A stretch of DNA of 64,000 nucleotides from Anthoceros angustus (GCA_010909165.1 MU008168.1:496001-560000); one strand, 5' to 3'; numbered from the stretch's first letter, positions 13,551 through 25,371 are shown. Notes: generated from the sequence alone by a model not told the origin. Made by a program: numbers and translations.

Positions 13551-16500
13551 TAACAAAGGTCCTAAGTAAAGTTTTTCTTCCTCCAGTTTAAAAATGATTT
13601 GTCTCCCTTGTGTTGTATTTGTATTTTTCTTGATATCTTTTTCGCGAAAACAGATCAATATTCACATATTCAAAATGACAAACATAACGAGACTATGATC
13701 CTTGTGCACACCAAGGGACATGTCCCTGGCCTTCCCCCAAGGTAGTGGAGGGGGCTGTAACAAAAGAAACCGGCTATCACTGTTGGCACACAACTTAAGC
13801 AAGTACGAACATCCTGACAACTTATCCCGCAAAGCTGTTTTCCACCACGTGACTGGTGGATGCTTCACGCAGCTAGGTGACTTTGCTCTGCTTTTTTTGA
13901 ACAAAAAACTTGAGCGTACAAGAGGCCAACGTATACTTGATCTAGTCAAGAAGGTGAAGTCGCAAGAAGGCTGGTAAGAGGGGGCTAAGGCGAAGATTCC
14001 TGAGTTCCCTGCCCTCTGTTCGAATAGCCACTAGAATCTCGAAGTCCATATCCAATGACGGGCACATGCCCACCCTTGTGACAGTCAGGCGAAGAGTGTG
14101 GAACATGGTTGAAGCTTCTGCCGAAGAGAGGTTAACAGCCGACCAAGCATTGTGGATGCGAGCAACTTGCAAAATAAATTCCATGAGGCCTCGGAACGGT
14201 GTGTGCTCGCCAGACAACATTTCCAAAGCAACCACTTTGCCACGCAACCGATCGGCGAGTTGGTGACAGACATTGTCACTAAGGCTATGATACATGTCAT
14301 GATGACCGTGTATGACCACACCGTCAGTTGAGGATTCTGAGGCCAATCCCCTGCTATTGTACATCTCTGTGAGGTTGACCAAGGTCTCCTTGAGAAGGGC
14401 TATGATAAGAAAGAACCTAGCCCAAGTATCACACGTGTGGTTAACACGATAATATTTGAAGCTTTGAATATTGCCGCTTTAAAACCCCGGACCAATTTCG
14501 ATTCACATAGTCCCCCAAAACCCATGATTCTTAATGTTCTCGGTTTACGATTTGGTCTATCGCCCGTCATGTTTGGTCCGCTTTGGACAAAATTTTGCCT
14601 GCATGGTGCACTACAAGATGTGCATGCCGGCGCCCAAAGAAACTCAACTTAACTAATATAAAACTATAATTGATCTCGAACTCGCGATCTATGATTCTTA
14701 GCCAAGTTTTTACCACTTTACCAACTTTAGGAGACAACAAAATTTTATGATATGCAAATAACATATATCAATGAAGGTGCCAATATGCTAGCACCCTATG
14801 CTCTTATGCTCCTCCATAGGGCCGATGCCGCGCCCCTTAAATAGGTTTTCTATGAGCGTGTGCTGCTCGCATTAACACTAGGGCTTACAACCACTTGTCC
14901 TGCACCCATGCACATTATGACTTACATATATTAGGCCACGCGCTTGCTTGCGCAAGAGAATGAGAAAACACACCACCTTTCACACTTCCGATCACGACGC
15001 AGCCTTGGTCGCTCACAAAGATGGTGTCCAACATACAAAAACGATTCAATTGCTATGACCTCAGAGAAAGATAGTCGCGCCTACACGGAGCTCGAGAATA
15101 GGGAAGAAACTTGGCCGTGTCATGTCTCTCTTCTCCATTCCGATTCAAGTGAAATTTGAGATCATGAATATTAGGGCATGGGTAATTTCAAACGCGTGTT
15201 TAGAAAACCTTTGAAATTTAAAAATAATTTCCATGATTTTGAGTTCAAGTATAAAATTATTAGAATAAGGAATTTAAACCAAACCAATCACTTTTACAAC
15301 ACATACTATGCTCTCATTTCGATATCACCTATTATATACTACTATGCCTCATTTCGATACATATTACCTATTCCTACACAACATGAAAAGTTCATTAAAG
15401 GCCGGCATGCCGCCCTAGAAGAAGACTTGAACTCAAGACCTCTTATTTCCAACTTTCAAGGCTTACCACTCCATTAACTTTCCCATGTACAATAATTGAG
15501 GGACAAAGTATATGTTGAATGAGGGCGCTGCATGCCTGCCCTCATGCCCTCATTTTCTTCTTCTTCTTCATCATGCCCTTATGCCCCCATGCTCCTTGTT
15601 TTTGATAGCCATCCGAGAAGCCATCACGGTTCGGTGGTTTCTTAGCCACTAGCCTAGGGTGTCTAACCGATGTTGAGCAACCGAGAAGCCATTACGGTTC
15701 GTAGTTTCTCGGAAGGAAAGTGTTTGTTGGACGCCCAGTCATTGCCAAAGGCCATGAATCTTGGCGCCGCATGCGCCCAATGCACGAGCCTTGAGCATTT
15801 GGCGCGCCGCATGCCGGCGCCTAGGTGTGTCACTTACGGCGTGTTTAGGGTCTTCACGCCTATGTACACAATGACATCGACCGTGTCTGGATTGGATGTA
15901 TAGCACGCATATAGAAATAGTCGTATGCATTCCCTTCGATGCTGCTGCAGAGATGGTCGCCCATGTTCATTTACTATTGTTTAACGAATGGCATGCACTA
16001 ACGACATGGGCATCATTTCCATTGAAAACAATGGTTTACCTGTAGGTCAAATCCTTCGTCTACCATTGTAAGCCGCTAAAATATATAAAATTCTCTACGA
16101 CACCCTAATTGTCTGCCTTCTTCTGCAAGGTATGCTCAAATACACATTTCAATGCCCATCGAAAACCCCGTTTCGCGTATATTCACGTCAAAAGCCGCTT
16201 GATGTATATTCAGCCGCTTCAAATATTATGCTGTTGGTTAGAGAAATATGAAGATCCAACAAATTGGAGCAAGGCCACCCATTGGGAGGGGACGTGGAGA
16301 TACTCTTCAGCCAGCACCAAGGCCAAAAAGTCCAGCTTAGCATGCTTCCTCGGAGCCCAAAATTTGTCATCCCCAGAATCTTCCAACTTCATCAATGCCA
16401 TGAGCACCATCCAATTGGATAGCAAGCTTGGTGAGTTCTGTGATAATTGAAGACAAAATGTGCAACCTCTCAGGTAGATCCGAGCCAGTCGGTCACTCAC

Positions 16501-17145
16501 CGACATAGGCCTGGATTACCTTCTCCAGACCACGGAGAGCTGGGACTTGATACGCGGTCCGAAGTTTGTACTTGGCATACCTCCGTGCCACGTGCACCCA
16601 GGCTCGTTACAGCTTCTTTCCAACCAGAGTACTTGAGACCTTGGCTCCCACCTCTTGCAAATGTAACACGGTTTGAACAAACTAAAAAATTGTCTGTCCC
16701 AAAGATGTAATGTGAGCTCGCAGGACGGCCGTTGTCTAACAGTCATGATCGACTTGATCGTGGTCAGTGGGATCTAACTGCCGGGGGGAGTCTTTCATCG
16801 CAAGATGCAGCACACCTTGGATGCTCCCATGTGGAGAACCAAGACCAGTTGATCATGCCCCATCAGCGCCTCTGCCGCCGAGAGAGAGCTCTCCGCTTCC
16901 TGAGGTGCTTGGGGGGCGCGCTGCCACTGTCTGTCTCTACGACTGACGGGTGGAGGTTGGGGAGGCGGGGGAGGAAGAACTAGCTCCAGCTAATTTTCTC
17001 GACATCTTTTCATGAATCTTGATCTTTCAATTTCATTCTATATATGTATGTATTGTATTCTCTGTACATTCATGTTAAATTTAGGATCTTTTTTTTTCTT
17101 ATTATAACTATTATTATTACTTTATGTTACGGCATACATATCACA

Positions 17146-17502
17146 ATGATCCTCGAGACATTGATCTTGACGGTACTTGGAATTGGTTCTATTACATCTA
17201 CATCATATACTTGTTTATGCTTTCTTCGAACTATATTAGATGATAGACCTCAAAGTATCATTCAGGACTTCCCTCCTCTATCCAAGATCAATATCAACAT
17301 AATCATCCCTTATACACTGTATAAGAATGAAGAATTACATAGCGAAGAAATTTGTTGCATATGTCAAGAAAGATTCGAGGGCGATGTAGAAGTAAGAAGA
17401 CCCAAGTGTTCACATGTATTTCATAGGCAGTGCCTGGATACTTGGATTACAAAATATAATGGACGAAAGTGTCCTTTTTGTAACTCATTTTTAGGTATTT
17501 AA
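17146..17502 (+). CDS. Small RING-H2 finger protein with N-terminal hydrophobic/TM segment (ATL-like E3 ligase), copy 1
   Basis: CCICQERFEGDVEVRRPKCSHVFHRQCLDTWITKYNGRKCPFC is C3H2C3 RING-H2. Intronless. ATG 17146 chosen because the CAT(A/G)TCACA-ATG-AT context is shared with the paralogue. Confidence 0.75.
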   Translation: MILETLILTVLGIGSITSTSYTCLCFLRTILDDRPQSIIQDFPPLSKININIIIPYTLYKNEELHSEEICCICQERFEGDVEVRRPKCSHVFHRQCLDTWITKYNGRKCPFCNSFLGI

Positions 17503-17631
17503 TCTTAAACTATTTTTTTATGATGAACTAGACAAGAGTGATTACATTCTTCTAGTTAAACGTAGCAATTGTTAAGGTTACACTTTCAGGTTTTGGAGTC
17601 CAGCCATGCAGGTCCTTGAATCCAGCTTGGA

Positions 17632-17757
17632 TAAGTCAAGGGGAGTTCTCTCTTATCAATTAGTCCATAAATTATAAGTCAAGGAGAGCTTCCTTTAATC
17701 AATTAGTCCAAAAATTATAAGTAAAAGGAGCTCTCTCTATTCAATTACTCCAAATTC
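17632..17757 (+). repeat. About 42-bp tandem repeat x3 between the RING genes
   Basis: ATAAGTCAAGG.GAG.T..C....ATCAATTAGTCCA.AAATT units. Confidence 0.7.
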
Positions 17758-18439
17758 AGCTGTCAAGGAGTACAGTGTTGTTCTTCTTCTATGGGAGTCT
17801 TACTAAGGATTCGTTTCTTGTTCATCACTTCATGCACACTTTCTATGCAATTTTCAGTATTTTACGTGTTAGTGATAGATCATGTCTTGCTCAAAATCAC
17901 TCATGGCATTGTCATCATGGATAGTCATTTTTTATTTTAAATAAATTGACTAGTCCATCATTTTTAATCCTAAATGCTTTTAATCCCTTTACCTTAAATT
18001 GTTTCTACTAACTTCACATATAATATTTTGATTTTCAAGTCTTAGAGTTTCAATTTCTTTTCTAATAATTTTCCTCCTTGAGTTTCGATTTCTCTTCCTT
18101 GTAATGTATTTTGATTTCTCGATCTTCCTTGAATTTCAATCCTTTTGGTAATGATTGTTTTTTATGCTATATATGTGCTCTATCTATTGCATGTTCATAT
18201 AAATCCATATTTTTTTCTTCATCATCTTCCTCTAACATTCTCATGTATTTTTATTTCTCGCTCTTTCTTGAATTTTAATCTGTTTGGTAATGATGATTTT
18301 TATACTATATATGCTTTGTATTCATTGCATGGTCATATAAATCCAAGAGGAGGAAGAAAAAAAAATTTATGGTCGAAAATCTTTTGCTTCATCATCCTCC
18401 TCTAACATTCTCACGGTGCGGTACGACGTGCATGTCACA

Positions 18440-18811
18440 ATGATTCTCGAGGTATTTACCTTCATGATACTTGGAATTGGTCTTGCTATATCTACGGTAT
18501 ACACTTGTTCATGCTTCTCTCAAGTTTCATCAAGTAATAGACTTCAAGCCATCATGGAACAAGACCTAGCAAATTTGTTGAATCCCTCATCCATGACCGA
18601 TATCAACATAATCATTCCTAGTACATTGTATAAGAGAGAAAAGATACACGAAGAAATAATTTGCTGCTTTTGTCAAGAAGGCTTTGAGGAGGATACGGAA
18701 ATGAGAAAATCCAAGTGTTCACATATATTTCATCGGAAGTGTTTAGACACTTGGATTATTAAATATAGGGGACGGATATGTCCTGTTTGTAGATCTTCTC
18801 TAGGTATTTAG
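18440..18811 (+). CDS. Small RING-H2 finger protein, copy 2 (tandem paralogue)
   Basis: CCFCQEGFEEDTEMRKSKCSHIFHRKCLDTWIIKYRGRICPVC. Colinear with copy 1 from MILE to LGI*. Shared downstream ACTAGACAA...TTCTTCTAGTTAAA. Confidence 0.75.
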   Translation: MILEVFTFMILGIGLAISTVYTCSCFSQVSSSNRLQAIMEQDLANLLNPSSMTDINIIIPSTLYKREKIHEEIICCFCQEGFEEDTEMRKSKCSHIFHRKCLDTWIIKYRGRICPVCRSSLGI

Positions 18812-18987
18812 TTTTTTCGGTACTTCTAATGGATTAAAAATGAAGATAGCTTGCAATCAGACTAGACAAAAGTTGCTATGTTCTTCTAGTTAAATCTAAC
18901 AATGTGTTTTATATTTTTAAAACCTATAATAAGATATGTGTTGTTTAATGTATTTGTGCAACTCATTATGGTCATTAGATGTTTTTT

Positions 18988-19510
18988 GTGGAGACTTTAT
19001 TAAAAAGAAAAGATGGGAAAACCCATCTTCCTCGAACCGAGGGGTTACAACTCACTAGAGGGCCAAGAGCTAGGGGGGGGCTAGGCCCCGCAAATGCCAA
19101 TCCTGAAGCTGCCTAACGCCCGATTATGTTGTGGTCCGAGACGAGGAAAGACCTACCTACAACTGGTGCCGATGACGCCACATCTCCTGCGCTCGTTGCC
19201 GTCCTGTAAATAGCATTGGCCAGTGCTTTCTACAAGGTGATGGATACCTGCTGTCGAAAGAAAGCCACCACCGAGGAAAGAGAGAGACCCACCCCCTTCT
19301 TGACGACTGTGGTAGGCTTTAACACAATTCTTAAGGTGCCGGGAAAAATCCTTGCCCATAGCCTGTGAGTCTCAATGGCAAGGAGGATGAAGGCGTGGCC
19401 ATCTTGCAAAGGTGTGTACTTGTGTACCTTGGCAGTCGCGCATCCCTCCGTCGCCTAGTCCGAAGGGTTGATAATAACATGCTCACAAATGGAGTTCCGA
19501 GTAGAAATAC
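18988..19510 (-). mobile_element. CRE-like RLE non-LTR retrotransposon, 3' portion (continuation of 24065-24440 piece)
   Basis: Minus strand reads ICEHVIINP..TAKVHKYTPLQDGHAFILLAIETH/AMGKDFSRHLKNC..FFRQQVSITL*KA, then the family 3' end TTTTCCCATC..TTTAATAAAGTCTCC. Confidence 0.75.
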
Positions 19511-19611
19511 GGTGAATATCTGAACCCCCTTTTGTGACATGGAAACCCTCTTAGCACATCCCATACAGTCCCGAAATATGCATTTTATCTCGTTTTGAAA
19601 AAAGGTCGACC
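19511..19611 (+). repeat. 101-bp direct repeat, copy 1 (copy 2 at 22355-22455)
   Basis: GGTGAATATC..AACCCCCTT.TGTGACATG.AAACCCTCTTAGCACAT.CCA.ACAGTCCCGAAATATGC...AAAGGTCGACC at both sites. Confidence 0.9.
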
Positions 19612-20300
19612 CTTTTCCAAGGAGTAGTTAACGTGAAAACCCGTTTCAAACATACAAAGACAACAAATCCAAGCGAAGGCGCCGGCCGGCTGGCGCAGTC
19701 CCTTCGTTTTTTAGGAAGAGGGGAAAATGAAATCATCAATTGCCTCACTACAATGGGTCCAAAAGTTATTACGAACACAGAGAAGAAGCACATCTATGTG
19801 CCTACAGAACCGTAAATCTACTCTCTAGCGCTAACTTGTGGCTCATCGGGTGCTAGAGTGGACTCCAAATCCATCACAATGGCCAAATTTTGAATCCGCT
19901 CCAGCTCCCATTCATCGAAGTTTACTGCGCTTTCCAAAGCCCTTGAGTTTTTGTTCGGGCCCTCCCGCTTTGGTCTTCAGACGAGCGCTCAAAGAAAACA
20001 CACCAAGCTTCGAGAGTCCTTCTCATTGATATAGACCTCCTTTGCCCAGAATTGCGCAAGTCCTCTGCGGTGGGGCTTGAATGTCAATTCTTCGTCAGCA
20101 TCTGGCAAATCCTTATACCCATGGATTCGTTGTGGAATATATCGTGCACACCTCAAGTCAGCCTCAATAGACGGGCATGCTAGCGCCCTTAAATGCCCGT
20201 GCCCAGGCGCCCATAAAATCAACAAAGTTGGTCTTTAGAACTCTTGCGGATTCGTACCCAAGACCTATTCATTTCCAAACTATTTCCAAACCACTTGAGT

Positions 20301-22354
20301 AGAAGAAGAAGAAGAATTTTATTTAAGTCCACTAAGGATGGGTTTCCGTCATGGGACTGATTTGTCATACATACAAAGAAAGTATATTGAAAATTAACCG
20401 CTATTCGAATCGCCCGAGAACTAGTGACGTGAACCATTATGTAATGTCGTATGTTGAACTCTTGAAAATGTTGAGTCCGCTTCTCCCACATTTGCTTTAG
20501 GCAAACACCATGTAAATAGGATCGAAAAGAGAAAAGCGAAGTGAAGATCGTTGTAAATAGAGGATAAAATTCCGAATATCTTCATATGTGATGAGGAACA
20601 CAAAGTGTTCTTCAGTCTCCACCCCCCTGTTGCATAACCTGCAAATTCTGGACTCTTTTGGTGGCTTAGGACATAGCCATTTATCTGTCTCAATCCTAAG
20701 ACCCAAAACGAAGATGACCTATAATCATCCTCAATTTGAAAGACACAGGGGTGCGAAGGTAAAGAGGGAGCACTAGTTTCCTAGAATTGGATAAAATACG
20801 GTAACACTGTTTATAAATGTCAAGCCTAGTGGATAAGGGAGAGAGAAGAGACCAAGTATAGGACAAGTATGTAGTTTGCAAATCAAGGCGGATGGACTTA
20901 TTTGGAGGAGGTGGCAAGAACTGGAAAAGGGGATGGGCCGGAAGACTCTCGGGACAAAATCCAAATTTGCGACCATGAGCAAGATTGCGCATACCAACAA
21001 GTCTTATCTCCCAGACGGCTAATTTTCGGAGGACTGAAAAGCAAGAAGAGGTATGAGGAGGGAGGTAGGATGATCCAATGAGCTTCTTCCAATGAGCAGG
21101 CGGTAGAAGAAGTTAGTCAAGCGAAATAGACCATCCACTCAAGCGGAATGTGGCAAACTCGCAAGGAAGATGGGAAGAGACGGACCTCTTGCAATGTGGG
21201 GACGAAGAAAGGATGCAGAACCTCCTCCACCTTGCACCAATCGTCGGGAGAGAGTCGGTCCCCAAAACTCCAGCTGCATACATAGCCGAAGGAACAGCAG
21301 TGTTGAATAACCATTCTTTGAGTGGGGATGTCCTTGATGTGCATCCGAGGACTCTTGAACCCCACAGTCGATGCCACACCCTTGAGAATGCGAGCGGAGG
21401 CGAGAGCTTCCACTGGAGTGTCGGGCCATACAGAGTTCCACCAGGTAGACATAAGATCGAACTACCTGGACAAGTTCACCATTATAGTAGAACTTGAGAT
21501 TGTGTTACCTGGATCCCGCTTTGTTGAAGAACATGACCTTAGTCTTCTTGAGATTGACCTCCAAATCTCTTGCTTGCGAGCGCGACAATATGTCCGTTCT
21601 TTGTTGGAGGCCACGAGGAGAGTGGGAGAGAAGGGCAATGTCATCCGCATACAAGAGAATAGCAATGTAGACCAAGGAAAGGATGCAACAGATCCCCATA
21701 CTCCGCAATCCAAGACTCCAGTTCATCAATGTAGAGGCCAAATAGGTTAGGAGAAGATGGATCTCCTTGCTGCACTCCCATGTTGCAAAGCAAATCCAAA
21801 AGGTCAAATGCAGCATAAGAAGTGCGGATCTTGGCTTTCACCTTGCCATATAAAACCCCTATGGCATGTAGAAGATAAGGAGGCATACCGAGCCTTTGGA
21901 AGCGCTCAAAGAGCTTCTTCCTTGAGATAGAGGCAAATGCCCGCTTGAAGTCAACAAAACATACATAAATATGCCTGTTATCCTTACGCTCTTGGCTTCG
22001 AATAATAGCAATGAGAGAGATTATCACAGGTATTGCATTGTGGGAAATCCGGCTGGCGTGCCTAACTCGACATTCTCAGCCCAAGTCGTAGTGATAATTT
22101 CCAAGCAAGAGCTAAAGATCTTGGCAAAAATGGACTCAACAATGATATACCTATAGTTGGATGGGAGCTGGGGGTCCCCTATCTTGAAGATGGAATGGAT
22201 GTCATTCCAGCACTGGTACTCATCTGGAAATCCATGGACCAATGCCTCGTTGAACAGCGCAGCCAAGGGGGGAGCAATCACCGTAGGACTTGCTTACGAG
22301 AAAAGCTCTCTAGGAATATCTACAAGGTCAGGGAACGCAATATCTTGTAAAGGG
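20301..22354 (-). mobile_element. 5'-truncated LINE (RTEX/L2-like), RT plus C-terminal Cys/His domain, degenerate
   Basis: IAPPLAALFN..IFKIGDP..PSNYR; CFVDFKRAF; GVQQGDPSSPNLFGLYIDEL; LLYADDIAL; LEVNLKKTKVM; GLRIETDKW..RICRLC..VETEEHFVF. 3' end is AAATAAAA followed by a (TTC)n tail at 20301-20325. Confidence 0.85.
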
Positions 22355-22455
22355 GGTGAATATCCAAACCCCCTTCTGTGACATGAAAACCCTCTTAGCA
22401 CATTCCACACAGTCCCGAAATATGCGTTTTACCTCTTTTGAAAGAAAGGTCGACC

Positions 22456-24064
22456 ATGTAGCCCCACAGGCCTCTGGTATGGGCAAACCACCAACTTGTC
22501 TTGTGACATGTACACCTGTTTCTTCACGACCGTATCATGAGCGATCACAGACCTCCCATTGTTTAAAGTGCCGTGCGTGGCATTGGGCATCAATGGAACT
22601 CTATCCCCTGTGAACCCATCTTTCATCCCCCAACCCACTGTGACATATTCTACGGTCTCGAACCCACCCTTGTCATTGTTCATGTTGGTCTTGTCCCATA
22701 CGAACGAGACCAAGCCCCTTTTCCTGCTCCACTTCCGCATGGACTCCCTCATGGTGTGAGCCTCCTCCACACCATGCATGACAATCATTCTCAACTCATC
22801 GGAAATTGTTTTCTCCACAAAGCTCTGCAAAACAGTGTCCACCATCTGCTTGTCCACTCGTTTGTCCAAGGGCCCGATTGAAACCCCCTTGGAACGTCCA
22901 TCACCAGAAGTGTGTACTTCCGTCCTCTCAGAAATCCTCGCATGTCTAACACATCTTTGCTTTCCACTTGGTATTGCACTTGTTTTTCCGAGGAGGGAAC
23001 AAAGACCTCCAATAATTCCTCAAGGTCCTTGTCCGCCAATGCACGCTGCTCGTCCTCCAGCCCTTTCCAATTATTCACCTCAAAAATAAAATGATGAAAG
23101 ACATCTGGAAGTTTGGACAAGACCTCAATGTCCTTCAGTTGCTGCCAAGCACAAGTTTGTTAGTCCAAACTGGGAAAGAACAGACAGGAGGGCGCCAGCA
23201 GGCCGGCGCCCTCCAGGACCTTGCGTACAAACATGGGCAGGAAACTCACCTTTCCAGCAAAAGCAGTTTGAAACCGCGACAGCATCTGGTCTGTGGAATG
23301 CAACGGATATTCTTCCCGGACCTCCTCTGGTAGTTCTCCAGCCTCCCATTTCAAAAAAATAGAGTCTACATTGGCCCACATCTTTCCCTCCTGCTTGGTA
23401 ATGCATAAAATGTGTGTGCGGTTATCCACTTTGTTCTGCTTATACACATCGTCTTTGCGCCCTTCATCATCCTCAATCAGCCCCAGCACCCTGTACAGAT
23501 TGTACTTCCATGCCATGGTCATCTGTACTCCTTCCCGTTTTGCAATAAGTAGCTCATCTCTTAAGTATCGGACCTGCTCAATGAAGTTCATCTTCTTCCT
23601 TTTGTCCGACATAGTATTGTGATCCGTGGCAAGGACTCCCATTTCTGGTACAGTAAGCCCGCAATAGACATGGGCTTCAACATATTGGAACCTCTTCTTC
23701 CCTGGTGATATATCACATAGATGTTTCATGGCTGCATAAGTAGTGTGATTCCCACCAAGAACCCCCATAACATATTTTTTCGCCCGCCATCGCTTCTAGT
23801 CCAACTTGCTGAGGTCATCGCACTCACTTGGATCAATCATACATAAGAGTGGCAATACACCCTCCTCTATCCTCCCCTTTGAAATAACTCGAGCCAAATA
23901 ATTGGCCCATACCTCGTCAACCTAACGGTCTGCGTCGCGTAATGTGCGTGGTCGAAGTTCTCCAATTTGACCAGCACTGTCTCCACGACAACCTTCTTTG
24001 CGTAAGCTGAATCCCTCAGGCGAGTGAGGGGGTCTGCATCCATCATCGCGTCTGCAAGACGTTC
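22456..24064 (-). pseudogene. ParB/Srx-like domain plus beta-class amino (N6A/N4C) DNA methyltransferase-like fusion gene, one intron, truncated at both ends
   Basis: ParB-like: R*VDEVWANYLARVISKG..PLLCM..YVMGVLGGNHT.YAAM..VYCGL..EMGVLATDHN. Intron 23249-23142 (AAG|GTGAGT..CTAAC..GCAG, 108 nt, phase 0). MTase-like: SKDVLD..YTLLVMDVPRG..PWD, FVWDK, VEYVTVGW, CPYQRPVGL. Two TAG stops and two frameshifts. Confidence 0.65.
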
Positions 24065-24440
24065 TTCCGCAACAGAGATTTGGTCCCCCTAGATCAAAAA
24101 TAGATCCGCCCTGACCGACACCCCATTGTATAGGGTATATGGACGCTCCCTGTATAAAAAATAACCGCTCTCCTTGGCCATCGAGAACATGATGTGGTGA
24201 ACGGCGTCATGTGTAGCAATACATTGCCCTCCAATTCGACAGCGAGCCAGGTGGGACCTTGAATCGTCGAGGGGGGCCCCACAGTTACAGGCTAAGAAAG
24301 AACAGGCCAGAGGCTGGACCAAACCCAAGCGGAACCTCATCGTAGTAGCAAAAGAAGCTGGTGCGATTCGGAACGCGTGGATGCAAGGTCAAGTAGAAGC
24401 CAGGAGCCTGCTCTCTTCCCCGAGCAAGAGCGGATGCAGT
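24065..24440 (-). mobile_element. CRE-like RLE non-LTR retrotransposon piece (zinc knuckle plus first half of endonuclease)
   Basis: MRFRLGL..CNCGAPLDDSRSHLARCRIGGQCIATHDAVHHIMFSMAKESGY..RE..VRADLFLI*GDQISVAE; colinear with 45480-45760. Confidence 0.8.
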
Positions 24441-25343
24441 CATTAAATAAAGATAGAGTTCGAGGTATTTTTTCTACGATTACGTAGTGTTAGGTATTGT
24501 ATATATATTCAAAAAAATATCAAATTTCTTGTGGATTTAGTCATATGTGGGAGGAGTTGTATAGGTATATATATGTAAGGGCTTAATTGACATGTATGCA
24601 AAATGTGAGAGTTCAAAGTTTGAAGTAGGAAGTGAAAAGCATTTGTGTCTTATAAGGACTTTTGATAGCACTAGCAGTGAGACCACTGGCAGTTCAGTTG
24701 GCAGAGCAGATGGTATGCTAGGTACATCCACTGGAAAAGTTGTTGCCAAGCTTCTCCATAATCTGACTTTCGATACTAGATCATACTTGAATAGTGCGCA
24801 TTTTACACACCAGGTTGTTGCTTTTGTTTTTTGTTCCCTGTCACTATGCGAATTCGGGTTCGAATCTTGGACTATTTATACAGTTGGTTTATAGCAATGA
24901 ATAATCACTTTCTCGCACACTCCTCTCTCCTCTGATTCTGATTGCGAATGCAAATTCGAATTTGAATTCAAATGCGTGCACTCAGTCCCACTCGATCCCG
25001 CAGTCACCATGGCATTGGAAAACTCAAGACGCTCCATGGTGCCATCCGCGCTTTGGCAAGTCTATGTAAAGGTTGTATTGATTTTGCCTAAGGCCGGGTT
25101 TCCCGCCTCCGTCAGCAATCCCGCCGCCAATTCCGGATCCCCTGGCCTTCTCTTCTGCATAAGCGCTAGCGGATAATTCAAGGATGGCACCAGGGACAAC
25201 ATATAACTTAGGGATGACACCAAGAACAATGGATAACTCAGGGACAATGGATAAGTGAGGGATGAACCTCAGGGACGACACTAAGGACAAGAGATATTTC
25301 TAAGGTTAGTAAGTTTCTAGTATCGTACATATTCTCATAGTTG

Positions 25344-25371
25344 TCAATTCAATTCAATTCAATTCAATTCA
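25344..25371 (+). repeat. (CAATT)n microsatellite
   Basis: CAATT x5 followed by CA. Confidence 0.8.

Noticed and set aside
17044-17145. Upstream ATG for RING gene 1
   Set aside because: The extension is low-complexity AT-rich sequence not matched as coding in the paralogue; 17146 is preferred.
23160-23162. Stop codon ending ORF 23160..23768
   Set aside because: It falls inside the predicted intron (overlapping the CTAAC branch site), so it is not a true lesion.
22456-24064. Bacterial or phage contamination as the source of the ParB-MTase
   Set aside because: It has a canonical spliceosomal intron, is decayed, and is nested within plant retroelements.
24575-24612. GLIDMYAKC PPR-like peptide
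   Set aside because: Too short; flanks do not continue a PPR motif convincingly.
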